Sequence record: OR142618.1
Direction: 5' to 3' (one strand)
DNA: 64,000 bases
The number at the start of each line of letters is the position of its first letter. Within the stretch, counting starts at the first letter, position 1. A program made the translations under genes and the position numbers. Below are positions 40,451 to 52,711 of this stretch, one piece after another. The notes under the pieces are model-generated. The model saw only the letters and a list, made by a program, of their open reading frames with translations. It did no database searches and had not been told where the DNA came from.

Positions 40451-43400
40451 GTGTTCAAAAATGAATGTTTATTAGTAGGTGTGACTGAAGTTATTGCGAA
40501 TATATTTTTATTTTCTAAATGTGTTTCTGAATGCAAACCAGCTGGCACATATGTAAGTAATCAATCTATAATCTTACGATGGTACTCAACTGGTATAGTA
40601 AGTGAGGTTGTATATAATATCAAAATAGTGCCTTCTGTAAATAATAAATTATTTTTAAATATGATAGCATGTAGCGATAGTCATTATGGCTATAAAAAAC
40701 CGACCAAAGTATCAGATATATTACATACTAACAAATATGAAACTTCGTTTGCTATCCATTTTAAAAACATATCGTTTGATATGTTTATTCCTTTTATAGT
40801 AAAGGAAGTAAGAGGATGTCAATTTATAATACATGATCTACGGTACATAACAGCGATTCCCACAGGATTGCGAAATACCAATTATAAAATAATATCGTAT
40901 GTAAATGATACAGATTTATGTAATGTACATTTTAGTGCCAGGAATTACCTGTACTTGTCATTGACCACATATAATTATAATACTATATATAAACACACAT
41001 TCAAAATATCAGAACAGTTTAGTATATGGGATATTGATGAAATATGTTAAATTTAAAAGAAATCAGAAAGTCTGAATACGGGAATATATTCGGAGTTAGC
41101 TATCTTATATGTAACTGCAGACTTTCTAGTTTCGATGTAGTTAGAGATTCGTGCATAATAAGTTTTGAGAGCAATTTTTATAATTGCATAATTCATTCGT
41201 GCGAATTGGATTTATTTTATTATAAATACGGATCATTAAATGACGATCCAGAAAATAATATCTATCCTACTGAAATTAAATTATTAAATTCAAACAAATT
41301 AAAGAAGAATAGAATTTTCTATTCTTATATATCTATAATATCCAAAGCAAACGAGTTATATAAATATATTCCTTATATACTATCTAGGATTGCATCTGAT
41401 TCTATCATACTTCATAGTTGCAAAAACTTGAATATAGGTGATCGTGACGATTTTATACGTGTATGGACATACTGGACTAGTACACATATACTCGGGGGAC
41501 CTAATGTAAGTGTAAATGGTTCTGCTATAACTGTTATATTTCCTAAGATCAATAAAACAGATTACAGCATACCTGTAATAGAATCCTATAATTTGGTATT
41601 AGAAATAGATAAAAACTCTAATATAATTTTTCCGGTATTAATAAATGAATGAAACAATACAATCCCTCCGAAGAGAAATAGAATTATTAAAAGATCAAGG
41701 TCTAAAATTAAGACATATAAAAAATCCTTGTAAAAAATGTATGGGCTACGGAATTATTTGTTATGGATCTACTGCTATGTGGAACAGAGGTGCAGTCGGA
41801 GGGAATGCTATAACACCCGGCCGGTGCGATTCTTGCTGGGGTTCTGGTGATGAAGATAACCCGTGGGAAAATTTATTAGAATTAACAATTCAAAAAAGAA
41901 CAATAGATACAATCTACAACTCTCTTAAATTGGATGGTTGGATAGAAGTAACGTCCGATACTGTATTTTTTAAAGGAAGTAACAGAGTTGTTACTAAATC
42001 TGGAAATATTTTATATGGATATAGAAGTTATTATAATGACAAACAATTAATCTGCTACATCGAAGAACCTAATACTTCAATTAATTTAAAAATAACTAGT
42101 TGTGTTTTTATACAAAAGTGTTAAAATGTAATATATTTAAAAACTTTTGAGATTACCAATGTATAATTTCGAAAAGTTTATAACCGAGTATCTGTATAAT
42201 AAAAAAGAGACAGAGCATTACGGGTATTTCTCTATATATAATTCTATTATTTTAAAGTGTATTTCTGGATGTTCAGATGAGCACTACGAATTTATTTCTA
42301 ATTCTTTTATATCATATAAATGTAAAAAGAAATTAATAATAGAATTTTCTGTTAAATCGAAAGATAACACATACCATTCCATTAAACTTGCAGCAAAATA
42401 TCACACCAAAACAAAAGAAAAATTAGACACTATTACTAATGTGGATAATTTATTTTTGTTTGAAACAAAAATAGGAATTATAGGTAATAATTTGTCTGTA
42501 TATGTAGATTTAGGCGAAGTGGAATATATGGCATGATATATAGTTCGCATGCAAACATATTTAGGTCTGTTGCAAATTCTCTTATTTTAGAAATTTATAA
42601 AATAAACATCTCTTTAGAAAAAATGATAGACGATGGACACGGTGACATATTAGATAGACAAGTAGTTTGCAGGAAAGGAACTTGGTTTTCTAAAAATTAT
42701 TATATAATTTCTTCTTCTGCAAAAGAATTAGTTTCTCTTTCGCCTGCATTTATAGAAATATCAAACATTACTGTATCTGCATATACTTCCAGTGCATTAA
42801 AAAATAACCCTTTATCTAAAATGAAGGGATTCGACAAATACATTTATAATGTAGGTGACGCACTAACTGCAATTAATTCGTCTAAGCTTGCAAACAAACT
42901 ATTTAAATCTATAGAAGAACAAAATATAATTGTTGATAAAGGCAGGGAAGAATATGCGTTATCGCAAAGTTTAATAAAAGAAAATTGTCATACAAACAAA
43001 GGAATGCAATATAAACAATTAGAAGAAATAATTAATACCTATATACGTCAATTACCAGAACACTTACAACACGAAGCAAGAAACAGAATAAGAAAATCCG
43101 ATAAGAAACTTAAATCTTTAATTAGTTACGCACAAGAACATAACATAACTTTTATATAGTGGAAATATAATGAAAAATATAATTAAACATATTTTAGATT
43201 TTTATAACGGATTTTCCTATATAGTTCTGTCAAACGTTATATTTCTTTTTAGTTGTATAGTAACTACAGTATTTCTGTGTTATGTGTCTAAATTAAATAA
43301 TGTACAAAATTTGGTATCCGACTCGGTTTATACAACTATAGTAGTTTTGTATTGTATTATAGGTCTTCTGTGTGGATTAAAAAGTAGTAAAATAGTAGAA

Positions 43401-43499
43401 TTGATAAAACCGGAAAAAAATATTGCAACTACTGTAGGTGTTATAACCGGCATCACTGTAGTGTTAGTTGCTATGTTGGGATGGATATATGCGGCGTAA
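40451..43499 (+). CDS. run of hypothetical proteins (40451..41050, 41044..41652, 41645..42124, 42147..42536, 42533..43159, 43170..43499)
   Basis: Coupled ORFs; 41645..42124 has a DnaJ-type CxxCxGxG...CxxCxGxG Zn finger; 43170..43499 has three TM segments. Confidence 0.55.
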
Positions 43500-44916
43500 T
43501 AGAAATCTTTCATCTTATAATAGATTGATATCAAAAGTAGCAGTTAAGATTAAAATTCCCCATATGATGAGCGGGAAATTAAATGGAGCATTTGATCACT
43601 ATTTTACAAAGAATATAATAGCAGAGGATGCTGCTATCTGTAGTTGGGCAGGAGATAGCAAATATGCAGGAAGATCGTCGATATATTCTGACGATATACC
43701 CTGTCAATTAATACGCAACACTGCAGGAAATGTTTCAGGTTGCACATCTTACACTAACAAAGTTATTATGAATTATAAAGAGGATGCCGGAATGACTCAA
43801 GTTAACAGAACTTACACACGTAATAGCAACGATATTGAGTTTTCTCTGGAAGAAGAATTCTCTAATGTCTTTAATGAATCGCCTATAAGAAAAACGTGGG
43901 TAGCATTTATAGATTGTAACACAAAGGCAGTAGAAGAAGCATTTAAAACTTGCCTAAGTAAAGAATCGTTTGATATAATCTCCAAAAAATATACAAATAT
44001 AACATCTTATTCGTCATCTGATGCAGAGCGAGATGCAGACGTCGCATCTGAGGAAATTTGGGTAATAGGAAACGAAAAAGCAGCTATTTCTAGAATTACA
44101 GATATTTACGATAGTGTACGATTTATGGTAATTTCTGCAAATGATAGTTGCAATGTAGCCAGGTTTGTAGAAGAATTTGGAAAAGTATATGCAAATGCAT
44201 ATCCTAAGGTAAAAGAAGAAAAACCGGAAATTAATATTATTGTAGCTGATTCCCACGGCTATGATTTGGAGTCGTTTGACATGACTCCTCTGCAAAACAT
44301 AGATGCCTTTATTGAAGAAAATTATAACGATGATTTTAAAGACACATCTGAATATATAGTAGAAAAAATTATTAGTTCTAGTAAAGGTATAACACTCCTT
44401 CATGGCGAACGAGGAACTGGTAAAACTAATTTCATCCGATACATTGCAAATAAAGCTAAAAAGAAGAAACTCATATATGTTCCTTCTGATATGGCTCCGG
44501 AGTTAGCCAGACCTCAGTTTGTCTCGTTTGTTATGAACCACAAAGATAGTGTGTTTATAGTAGAAGACGCAGAAAATATTCTCCGTCCTCGGGAAGGCGG
44601 CGGCAGTTCAGCAGTGTCTAACCTTCTTAACATGAGTGACGGTATCCTAGGTGATGCTGTTCGGTGTCAGTTTATTTGTACGTTTAACTGTAAAATTTCA
44701 GAAATTGACAGTGCATTGACTCGTAAAGGTCGGTTAAATGCAGAGTATGAATTTAACAAATTAACAAAAGAAAAATCCCAAAATCTTTTAGACAAAAAAT
44801 ACGGAACAGGAACATATGTAGCAAAAGGCGAAATGACGCTAGCAGACATTTACAATATGGATAATCCTGACTTTAAAGTCCAACTTAAGAAACAAAAAAT
44901 TGGTTTCGGGAACTAA
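43468..44916 (+). CDS. AAA ATPase (BCS1-like C-terminal domain)
   Basis: LLHGERGTGKT, FIVEDAE, LLN.SDG.LG, TFN, DSALTRKGRL. Confidence 0.85.
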   Translation: MLCWDGYMRRNRNLSSYNRLISKVAVKIKIPHMMSGKLNGAFDHYFTKNIIAEDAAICSWAGDSKYAGRSSIYSDDIPCQLIRNTAGNVSGCTSYTNKVIMNYKEDAGMTQVNRTYTRNSNDIEFSLEEEFSNVFNESPIRKTWVAFIDCNTKAVEEAFKTCLSKESFDIISKKYTNITSYSSSDAERDADVASEEIWVIGNEKAAISRITDIYDSVRFMVISANDSCNVARFVEEFGKVYANAYPKVKEEKPEINIIVADSHGYDLESFDMTPLQNIDAFIEENYNDDFKDTSEYIVEKIISSSKGITLLHGERGTGKTNFIRYIANKAKKKKLIYVPSDMAPELARPQFVSFVMNHKDSVFIVEDAENILRPREGGGSSAVSNLLNMSDGILGDAVRCQFICTFNCKISEIDSALTRKGRLNAEYEFNKLTKEKSQNLLDKKYGTGTYVAKGEMTLADIYNMDNPDFKVQLKKQKIGFGN

Positions 44917-44921
44917 ACAAT

Positions 44922-45185
44922 ATGCGTAGATATTTCATTGCATATTTTTCACTGGTATTCATATTAGCTATATCCGGAATTATATATGCGTTGACATATG
45001 GATTTATATTTGCCGGAAAAGAAAACTCTCCGGGGTATTCTAATAGTAGGGATAATCTTATTAAAAATATGAATGAATTATTGGAACAACAAAAAGCACT
45101 AAATTTGGAAATAAAGGAATTAAACAAAGAAATTAATTCTACTAAAACTGAAATATCAACAAAATTACAAAATGTAGACACCTAA
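44922..45185 (+). CDS. membrane-anchored coiled-coil protein
   Basis: N-terminal TM, heptad C-terminus; bidirectional terminator 45201-45233. Confidence 0.55.
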   Translation: MRRYFIAYFSLVFILAISGIIYALTYGFIFAGKENSPGYSNSRDNLIKNMNELLEQQKALNLEIKELNKEINSTKTEISTKLQNVDT

Positions 45186-45215
45186 CAGTAGTTTCTATAT
45201 AATAAAACAGGAGCA

Positions 45216-45968
45216 TTAGGCTCCTGTTTTATTTTTTGAAATTTTAGTCATTATAGTATTATATAAATCATAAGCACGTTTGATTATACGTTTATATGCT
45301 CTGGGGTTTTCATTTTTAAGAAACATAATATAATTTATGTGTGCATTTTCTATAAATGCATTTATAAATTCTTCTTTTGTTAAGACAGTTCCTTTTTTGT
45401 ATAAAAAACTAAATTGATCTACAGTTTGTTCTAAAGCTTGACTTATTCTTGCATTTATTTCGTATGATTGTCTATAATATGTATCTGAAGATGCCGGATC
45501 GTATCTTTTTATTTTTTCATTCTTAAACGGTTGTCCTTTATTTTTATCTAGTGCATGCCTTAACTCATGTACTATAGTTGAAACTACACTCTTGTTATTA
45601 CTAAAAGAATTACCATAATAATGAGTATAAACATATATAGTATTAGATACTAAGTTGTATTCTCCTTTCTTTGCACCGTGTTGTCCGGAAATGTCAAACA
45701 CTACCTGTATATCTTTAAATTCATTGTATAGATCATCGAATATATCATCAGGAATTATATTTTTTAAAACAACAGTATAGGTACTTAACATTAATTGTAC
45801 AGTCGGCCAATCGTAGTTTTTCAACAACAATTGATCTTCTATTTCTTCTCTGTGTTGCTTTAAATTGTTGAAATATGATATAGCGTTTGCTACACACATT
45901 TTTGCAATATTTTGAATAATCAGTTCTTCGTCTGAAGTTTCGATTAAATTAATTTCGTTTAGTCGCAC
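45216..45968 (-). CDS. zincin-like metalloprotease, probable internal head protein
   Basis: VHELRHALD + YEINAR; N-terminus MRLNEINLIE. Confidence 0.65.
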   Translation of the reverse strand: MRLNEINLIETSDEELIIQNIAKMCVANAISYFNNLKQHREEIEDQLLLKNYDWPTVQLMLSTYTVVLKNIIPDDIFDDLYNEFKDIQVVFDISGQHGAKKGEYNLVSNTIYVYTHYYGNSFSNNKSVVSTIVHELRHALDKNKGQPFKNEKIKRYDPASSDTYYRQSYEINARISQALEQTVDQFSFLYKKGTVLTKEEFINAFIENAHINYIMFLKNENPRAYKRIIKRAYDLYNTIMTKISKNKTGA

Positions 45969-46638
45969 GATTTTCTGCCCTTATCTTTAATGTAACATAC
46001 AATTCGTAACATCTAGATACTATTCGTTTCCATACTTTTGGATTTTCTTTCTTTAAGTATGTAAGCTGATGACCTTTTGCGAATTTTTCTATATTATCTA
46101 GAAACCATTCTTTGGATGGTATTTCTTTTGAAGATCCCCAATACTGCAAAAATATAACCTTAAGATCATTTAATAATTCGGCTATTCTTGCATTTATTTC
46201 GTATTTTTGATTTAAATATTCTTTATGTTTATCTGAATTGTTTGTATGTTTATATAATAACGGATTACCCTTAGAACTATCTAATGCATGTTGTAATTCA
46301 TGAACTAAGGTATTTGTGTATGTTATATTATTTTTATATGAATCTGGACCTATATCAAAAAGTGCTATGAGATTTTTGCCATCGGTTCTTTGAATAAAAG
46401 CACCGTTGTATTGTTCTGGATGCTCATTCGCATACGGACGTATTATTAAATCGGAAATGTTATTTAAAACAGGATACTTATCGAAATATTCTTGTTTTAT
46501 TAAATCTTTTAGTTTGTATGAATTGTATATTTTATTTTCTGCATTCTTTTCTATAACAAACCATATTATTTTTGCAATAGTAGATAATATTATACTTTCG
46601 CTTGCCTTTTCCGTTAGATTAAATTCTAAAATTTTCAT
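45949..46638 (-). CDS. zincin-like metalloprotease (paralog), probable internal head protein
   Basis: VHELQHALD + YEINAR; N-terminus MKILEFNLTE. Confidence 0.65.
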   Translation of the reverse strand: MKILEFNLTEKASESIILSTIAKIIWFVIEKNAENKIYNSYKLKDLIKQEYFDKYPVLNNISDLIIRPYANEHPEQYNGAFIQRTDGKNLIALFDIGPDSYKNNITYTNTLVHELQHALDSSKGNPLLYKHTNNSDKHKEYLNQKYEINARIAELLNDLKVIFLQYWGSSKEIPSKEWFLDNIEKFAKGHQLTYLKKENPKVWKRIVSRCYELYVTLKIRAENRATKRN

Positions 46639-46644
46639 TATATC

Positions 46645-46839
46645 CTATCCGTTATGTTTCCAATACTGGATAGATTTTTCTTGTTTAGAAACCCAGTCTT
46701 TAGAAGGTTTTCCTTTACCCTCGTAATATCTAAGGGGCTTACCTGTCTTTTTAGAAACAAGTGCCCATTTTCCATTTATATGTTTTAATTCTTCGTCTAA
46801 TTCTGACGATTCTAGTATGCATATTTCGGAAAGTTTCAT
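46645..46839 (-). CDS. small probable internal head protein
   Basis: MKLSEICILE; GATAAATA at 46871-46878 (-). Confidence 0.6.
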   Translation of the reverse strand: MKLSEICILESSELDEELKHINGKWALVSKKTGKPLRYYEGKGKPSKDWVSKQEKSIQYWKHNG

Positions 46840-46924
46840 AATCTTTAATCCTGTATTATATGTATATGCTTATTTATCGCATTATATAACTAAATAGTGT
46901 TATCTTGTAAAGGAGGAGTTTTCC

Positions 46925-47905
46925 ATGGGAAGACCTATTAAAAGCGATTGGTTTGGTGAAAGCGAAACGGGCCAACCTAAGTTAAGCATATATGCTAAGT
47001 TACCTGGTATGACTAATGCTGCTGAGGGTTTTATAATAGCACAAAAAGGTACTCGTAAATATAAAGTAAACGTTAACGACACTATAGGCGATGTCTTTCT
47101 AGTTAATTCTAAATTAGCTGATTTAAACGAAGGCGAAGGGGTTATATTCGTAGGCGAAGTAGATAGTGACATAACTGTTTCTAAAATACAACAATACGGA
47201 TTAGTAGCAGTTAATTCCACTGGCGAAATTCAATTCGGCGGACAAACACAATGGGTAGTAGACGAAGAAACAGGATTACAACCTGATACTAGTTCTGTCC
47301 CGCAACCAAGTAATCAAACGTTGCTTGCAAATGCCAGTACTGCATTTAAGAAAGAAAACGGAACATTATGGACTGGTTCGGGAATACCGGCATCAGGAAT
47401 GTTAGTATCTAAAAATAATATAATTGAACTTGCATTGTCTGCACACTTGCGCGGTTCTGTTATTAACAGAAAAATAAACGACGACGGTTCGTATGATATA
47501 TCTCTAACTTCTTCAACACAAGATTGGGCGTTTGACTATTGTGTAGGTATTGTATCGCCGGCAGTAACAGATATAACTACAGAATACGACGTTGTTCTTA
47601 CTGCATATTGCAATTCAGAAGGTAAAGAACAAAACCCAGCTGTATTTACTTTAGCAAAAGAAGATACATATGTATGGAAAAATACAGTTCTAGACGGAGA
47701 TATTACTGACAGTGCATCCGATCCCGATAATCGGTGTGTTCAAAATACTCTTAGATATACGTTCTTTAAAGATAATGTTGTGCCTCCAGTAGGTGAAGAA
47801 GATCCTATAGTAGGTACATTTATTATCAAATTAGAAGCAACCCATAAAACTAACTTTAATACTGTTAGTGCAAAAATGATAGTTCGTGTAACAAAAGATT
47901 TTTAA
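46925..47905 (+). CDS. probable virion structural protein
   Basis: GGAGG RBS, CTAAATA upstream, MGRP.K..IIAQKGTRKY; terminator 47918-47950. Confidence 0.6.
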   Translation: MGRPIKSDWFGESETGQPKLSIYAKLPGMTNAAEGFIIAQKGTRKYKVNVNDTIGDVFLVNSKLADLNEGEGVIFVGEVDSDITVSKIQQYGLVAVNSTGEIQFGGQTQWVVDEETGLQPDTSSVPQPSNQTLLANASTAFKKENGTLWTGSGIPASGMLVSKNNIIELALSAHLRGSVINRKINDDGSYDISLTSSTQDWAFDYCVGIVSPAVTDITTEYDVVLTAYCNSEGKEQNPAVFTLAKEDTYVWKNTVLDGDITDSASDPDNRCVQNTLRYTFFKDNVVPPVGEEDPIVGTFIIKLEATHKTNFNTVSAKMIVRVTKDF

Positions 47906-48008
47906 TAAAATCTAAACAAAGAAAAGCGCTTTTATATGCGCTTTTCTTTTGACACAGTTACTGTTTAATTGTATTATGCAACAACAAACCGTACAGTAGG
48001 ATACTATC

Positions 48009-48251
48009 ATGCAAGAAATTATAGTGTACAGAAATCCGGTAGAAGCAGCGTTTTGGTCGAGCATGCAAGACGGAAATATTGTACTTTTTCTTGTGACATT
48101 TATGATTATGGCAGTATCATTAGTGGTAATGTTAGTAGCTCTGTATAACACATTTGTTGTTAATAAACGGGTTCGCAATAAATGGATTTATGTTCCTGTT
48201 GTGTTAGGAATTTTAATTTCTATGATAATATGCTACAATCTATTTTTGTAG
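48009..48251 (+). CDS. small membrane protein
   Basis: TTGACA-N17-TATTAT promoter at 47949; two TM segments; terminator 48262-48290. Confidence 0.65.
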   Translation: MQEIIVYRNPVEAAFWSSMQDGNIVLFLVTFMIMAVSLVVMLVALYNTFVVNKRVRNKWIYVPVVLGILISMIICYNLFL

Positions 48252-48367
48252 AACGAAAATCAATAAAAAGGGCTTAAAGCCCTTTTTATTTGTCTACACA
48301 TACCTTTAGCACAAAAATATTGTTTTATGCTACAATGTCCTTACTATAATGTATTGAGAATATATCT

Positions 48368-49453
48368 ATGAATATTAATATATGGTATACTAACGTAGAA
48401 CTACAAACAAAAACAAAGAAACAAGTACAGATTTGGCCTAAAAAAATTACTAGTCCCGAACCTTCCTACAGTTTTACAAATTGTGTAAGAAATGTACAAA
48501 ACGTATTTGACGAAATACATATTTTAAAGGATATATCTATTAGACACGGAAGTGCGAAAGTAATGCAAGCAGCAATATATATAAAAGAGATAGATATGTA
48601 TGGCAGATTTGATCTGAGGGCAGAATCTCTTGTAGAACTTTTACATACAAAAAACATTTCTGTTTCGGAAGGTGTAATTAAAGGTAAGTTTTCATTTGAT
48701 TTTAGTTCTAGTAGTTATAGAATTATTCCAGCAGATAATGTAATTTCTGCCAGTGCAAAGAAAACTGCAAAAGAACTAATTCCATTTAGGGCATATAAAG
48801 ATAAAGTAGGAAATTCCGTTATATACTTAGGGAAGGCATCAACTGAATGCGGCAAGCAATTATTTTTGACAATCGGCTTGCCTGATCATCAAGAAGAAAA
48901 AGGTCTAGCAAAAATGGCAGTAGATCTTGTAGGCGGAAGATATGCATGGTATATAAATTCTGATCATAATGTGTATAAGAACGAATTTGAAAAACTAAAA
49001 TCATATGACGAAGACATGTACAATGTTATACTAAAATTAAAACAATTAGATGTAGGTGATCTATCAAGTATATATGAAAAGTATTTCTTAAAGGCGTTTT
49101 ATTATTGCACAAAAGAAGGACATCGTGTATTTGACTGCAGATTTGATGTAGCAACCGGGCGGACGCTAGGCACCGGAAGTTATCTATATAGACTGCAATA
49201 CACAGTAGGTGTTCCTCCGTTGTATCAAGAAATTGACGATATTAGCGAAATGTTTGTTAGTAGCGGAATTCCCGGAACATATGTAGCTATTCCCAAGAAA
49301 TGGCTATCTTACAAATATATCAGTGCTAGCAACGCATTACCCTTATACGTAGACTTTAAAAATAAAATCGTCCGTAAAACAACTGTAACTGATGAAATTA
49401 ACCCATATGAATACGATGATAGTTTTATAAATGAAGTATTAAATCATATATAA
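48368..49453 (+). CDS. hypothetical protein
   Basis: 361 aa ORF, no motif recognised. Confidence 0.7.
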   Translation: MNINIWYTNVELQTKTKKQVQIWPKKITSPEPSYSFTNCVRNVQNVFDEIHILKDISIRHGSAKVMQAAIYIKEIDMYGRFDLRAESLVELLHTKNISVSEGVIKGKFSFDFSSSSYRIIPADNVISASAKKTAKELIPFRAYKDKVGNSVIYLGKASTECGKQLFLTIGLPDHQEEKGLAKMAVDLVGGRYAWYINSDHNVYKNEFEKLKSYDEDMYNVILKLKQLDVGDLSSIYEKYFLKAFYYCTKEGHRVFDCRFDVATGRTLGTGSYLYRLQYTVGVPPLYQEIDDISEMFVSSGIPGTYVAIPKKWLSYKYISASNALPLYVDFKNKIVRKTTVTDEINPYEYDDSFINEVLNHI

Positions 49454-49536
49454 TTTATTTAATACGATACTAGACTATATATGGTATTTTTTGTATGATA
49501 TACAATGACAGTTGGGAATTTAAATGCTTTTTACGG

Positions 49537-49675
49537 TTGCTGCAAAGCATGCAAAATAACGCATACGTAAACAGCACAAAACACGCGCATAATGCGTTGT
49601 TTGTGTGCTTTGTGTATACTGCACTACTATGCAAACTAGCATGCAAAATAACGCATTTTTGCAGCTATAACGCTA
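49537..49675. repeat. GA/TC/GG/CC-free tract with a 19-bp direct repeat
   Basis: Zero such dinucleotides in 139 bp at ~40% GC; agcatgcaaaataacgcat at 49546 and 49638. Confidence 0.85.
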
Positions 49676-49894
49676 GGGGTACGTATTCTTACAAATATAA
49701 TAATTCGCTAGAATAATGTATATTTTTAAATTCTAAATTTAACCTATCTTATAATATACATTACGGAAATGTTACAATTAAAAATTTATTATCTCAGACT
49801 TTATGCACATTCAATCTTATAATACTATATTAAATACAAGTAAAAATATATTTATTGATTTGCAAGTAACATTTAACAAACGGAGTATATTTTA

Positions 49895-51799
49895 ATGGTC
49901 TCTGTTAATATACCGTTAATTGTATCTAATAAAATATATAAAATGGAATTTGAATATGGCAAGGATGATGTGTTATATTTGTGTATGTATAGTGACAAAA
50001 ATACATATCTACATAATATAATAGTCAACACAGAATTCTCTATGCTTTTTGTTCAATGTATGGGTAAAACTATACCACTAGAATCAATATTATATATCCA
50101 GTCAAATATAAAAACAATAAGTGTGACTGATGACTATGGCTGTATAACCCTACATAACGATACATTTTGTTTATGTACTGGATATTTTCAGGAAAAAGTT
50201 AAATTTTTTGCAGATTAAATATGAATGAACAAATTATATTATGTTTCCAAGCATGCGTTAATAAATTTGCCTACTTAGGAAACCCAAAAATAAGATTATT
50301 TGGAATCGGTAAAAGTGTCAAGATATCTGCACGGAATTATAACAATATGGATATAGGTTCGTTTAGCAGTAATTTGAAATTTTTATTATATATCGATAGT
50401 ATCCAAGATATTGGAATATATGATGAAAATTTTATATTTTATATATCAATAAATTCAGACGAAATATCATTTTTGGGTTCTACAGGTACAGCACAAGTAG
50501 ATACCGATCTTGGAATTACCATATTCTTTACCCGCCCCAAAACATAATCCTAAATTATGATATTCATTGTACAACGACTATTATATAACATAACATATAA
50601 TAAAAATACAATACTGTTCGGTTGTTTTAACAGTGGATATTTTTTAATTAATAGAAGAAGTGGTATTGGATTCTTATTTACAGATATATGTATGAAACGA
50701 ATAAAATGCATTTATTTCATATTATATATTTCGCGTAATACCAATACTATAGGCAAAGATGCAATCTATATTAAAGATTTAGAACTATTAAGAGTAATGC
50801 ACATACTTCGATGAATATAAATTTAATACTGATACTTCAACGATGTACGTCTGTAATAGGAGGATTCCAACGCGGCAGCGCAACACTTATTCATATTTAT
50901 AGTGATTTTAATTTATCTGCTATAATGACGTTATACAAAAGAAGATGCAAATGCATTGTATTTACTGACATTTTGTTTAACGACATTAAAGACGGTTCTA
51001 TAGATATCATTATCTATATAAGTAAGAATGCAAACCTAATACACGATAAATTTGCCTACATAGACACATCTGTTACAGATGAATCTTCTGTTCCTTTACA
51101 CGATATGACAGGAATATGAATAATCCTATATATAATTTTATACTTGCAAGACGAATATGCAAACGGTATAGAATAAAATTCAATCCATTTGTAAAATTAG
51201 ATACAGGAAGTTTACAAATAGATAACGCAGATAAAATAACAGTTAGCGTAAATGTATTTAATAGTAATTTTATACCTATATTTTGGCACGAAATAGGGCA
51301 TTATATTCATCATACATTAGTTAATTATAAAATTTATTTAGATTACTATACTCCTATTTGTCCTACACACGGGTATCTTTTATATAATAAGACACAAGAT
51401 TTTTATAAATGTCTTTATTCTGAAATGTTTGCTAGTAGATTTGCACTAAAGGTGTGCGGAGCAAAACATAAGAAATACCTCATAAAATGTTTTCACACAT
51501 ACACTTCTGCTGCATTTAAAACCAACATCGCCAGCCAATCTAAATTTACAAGATTTGTAGATTTTGTAGAAAAACTTTCTAGAAAATTAGATAGATATTA
51601 ATATATGAACACTTATGATTATATAAGACAGAATAACGACAAAATAGTTACATTTGAAACCATATTACATATAAGCAGTAGAAGTAGAGTAATAAGACTG
51701 CATTACAATTTTAGTTATATTTTACAACGAATGTCTCTAATTCTACCAGATAAACGTGGGAACCTGGTAATTAAATACTTTTATTACCGAAGTGTATGA
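49895..51799 (+). CDS. array of six small orphan ORFs (49895, 50221, 50557, 50811, 51116, 51605)
   Basis: Tandem coupled ORFs; 51116..51601 has a WHEIGH zincin motif. Confidence 0.5.
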
Positions 51800-51887
51800 A
51801 ATATATTTCGTGTATATTATATAACTTTCTGTTCACTACTTATATAAAAGTACATTCCAAAAATATTGTAAATATAGTATAGTTTTC

Positions 51888-52087
51888 ATATAAAAGTATG
51901 CGTATAATTTGCACATATAACGCAATAACGCAGCAACAAACAAAACGTAATAAAAAAATGTTGCAATAGCTTAAAAGTTTTAGTATAATAAGCACATAAC
52001 AACGCAATACAGTTTACAAACAAAACGTAATAAAAAATGTTGCAATAGCTTAAAAGTTTTAGTATAATAAGCGTATAATGCAGCATA
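51888..52087 (+). promoter_or_regulatory. duplicated tRNA-operon promoter inside a 200-bp GA/TC/GG/CC-free tract
   Basis: ~57-bp direct repeat (51936-51993, 52016-52072), each copy containing TTGCAA-N17-TATAAT. Confidence 0.85.
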
Positions 52088-52103
52088 GATAACAAGTTAA
52101 AAC

Positions 52104-52180
52104 CCCTCGGTAGCTCAGTTGGTTAGAGCGCGCGACTCATAATCGCTAGGTCACTGGTTCGAATCCAGTTCGAGGGACCA
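52104..52180 (+). tRNA. tRNA-Ile2(CAU)
   Basis: Cloverleaf with CCA; anticodon arm GCGA-CUCAUAA-UCGC like E. coli ileX. Confidence 0.85.
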
Positions 52181-52202
52181 ATTTTAAGATGTTGTGCTTT
52201 TA

Positions 52203-52287
52203 GCCCGAGTGGTGAAATTGGTAGACACAGGAGACTTAAAATCTCCCGCTTCGCAGCGTACCGGTTCGAGTCCGGTCTCGGGTACCA
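52203..52287 (+). tRNA. tRNA-Leu(UAA)
   Basis: ggaga-cttaaaa-tctcc, long variable arm, CCA. Confidence 0.95.
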
Positions 52288-52337
52288 AACAAAAGATATA
52301 AATACTTAACAAGATAGGAAACTATTCTAAAATTAAA

Positions 52338-52413
52338 TGGCTAGTAGCTCAGTTGGTAGAGCAAATGACTGTTAATCATTGGGTCGTAGGTTCGAGTCCT
52401 ACCTAGCCAGCCA
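52338..52413 (+). tRNA. tRNA-Asn(GUU)
   Basis: aatga-ctgttaa-tcatt, CCA. Confidence 0.95.
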
Positions 52414-52439
52414 ATTACACTTTGTTGTATATTCAATAT

Positions 52440-52515
<76 letters not shown>

Positions 52516-52584
52516 ATTTTAAATAACAGTTGTATCTAAAGAGATACAATAGTCTAAATAAAATATTCATATAATGTTTCAAAC

Positions 52585-52661
52585 GGGACTTTAGCTCAGT
52601 TGGTTAGAGCGCGCGACTCATAATCGCTAGGTCACTGGTTCGAATCCAGTAAGTCCCACCA
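52585..52661 (+). tRNA. tRNA-Ile2(CAU), second copy
   Basis: Body identical to 52104 copy, different acceptor stem gggactt/aagtccc. Confidence 0.85.
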
Positions 52662-52711
52662 ATTTTTATATACAAATCAAACTATACTTAAACTATATAA
52701 TGAATGAATAT

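Noticed and set aside
49495-49716. ORFs overlapping the GA/GG-free tracts (49495..49716, 51886..52095, 5' half of 61608..61907)
   Set aside because: Their Ala/Cys/His/Tyr-rich composition simply reflects the restricted dinucleotide alphabet; no RBS.
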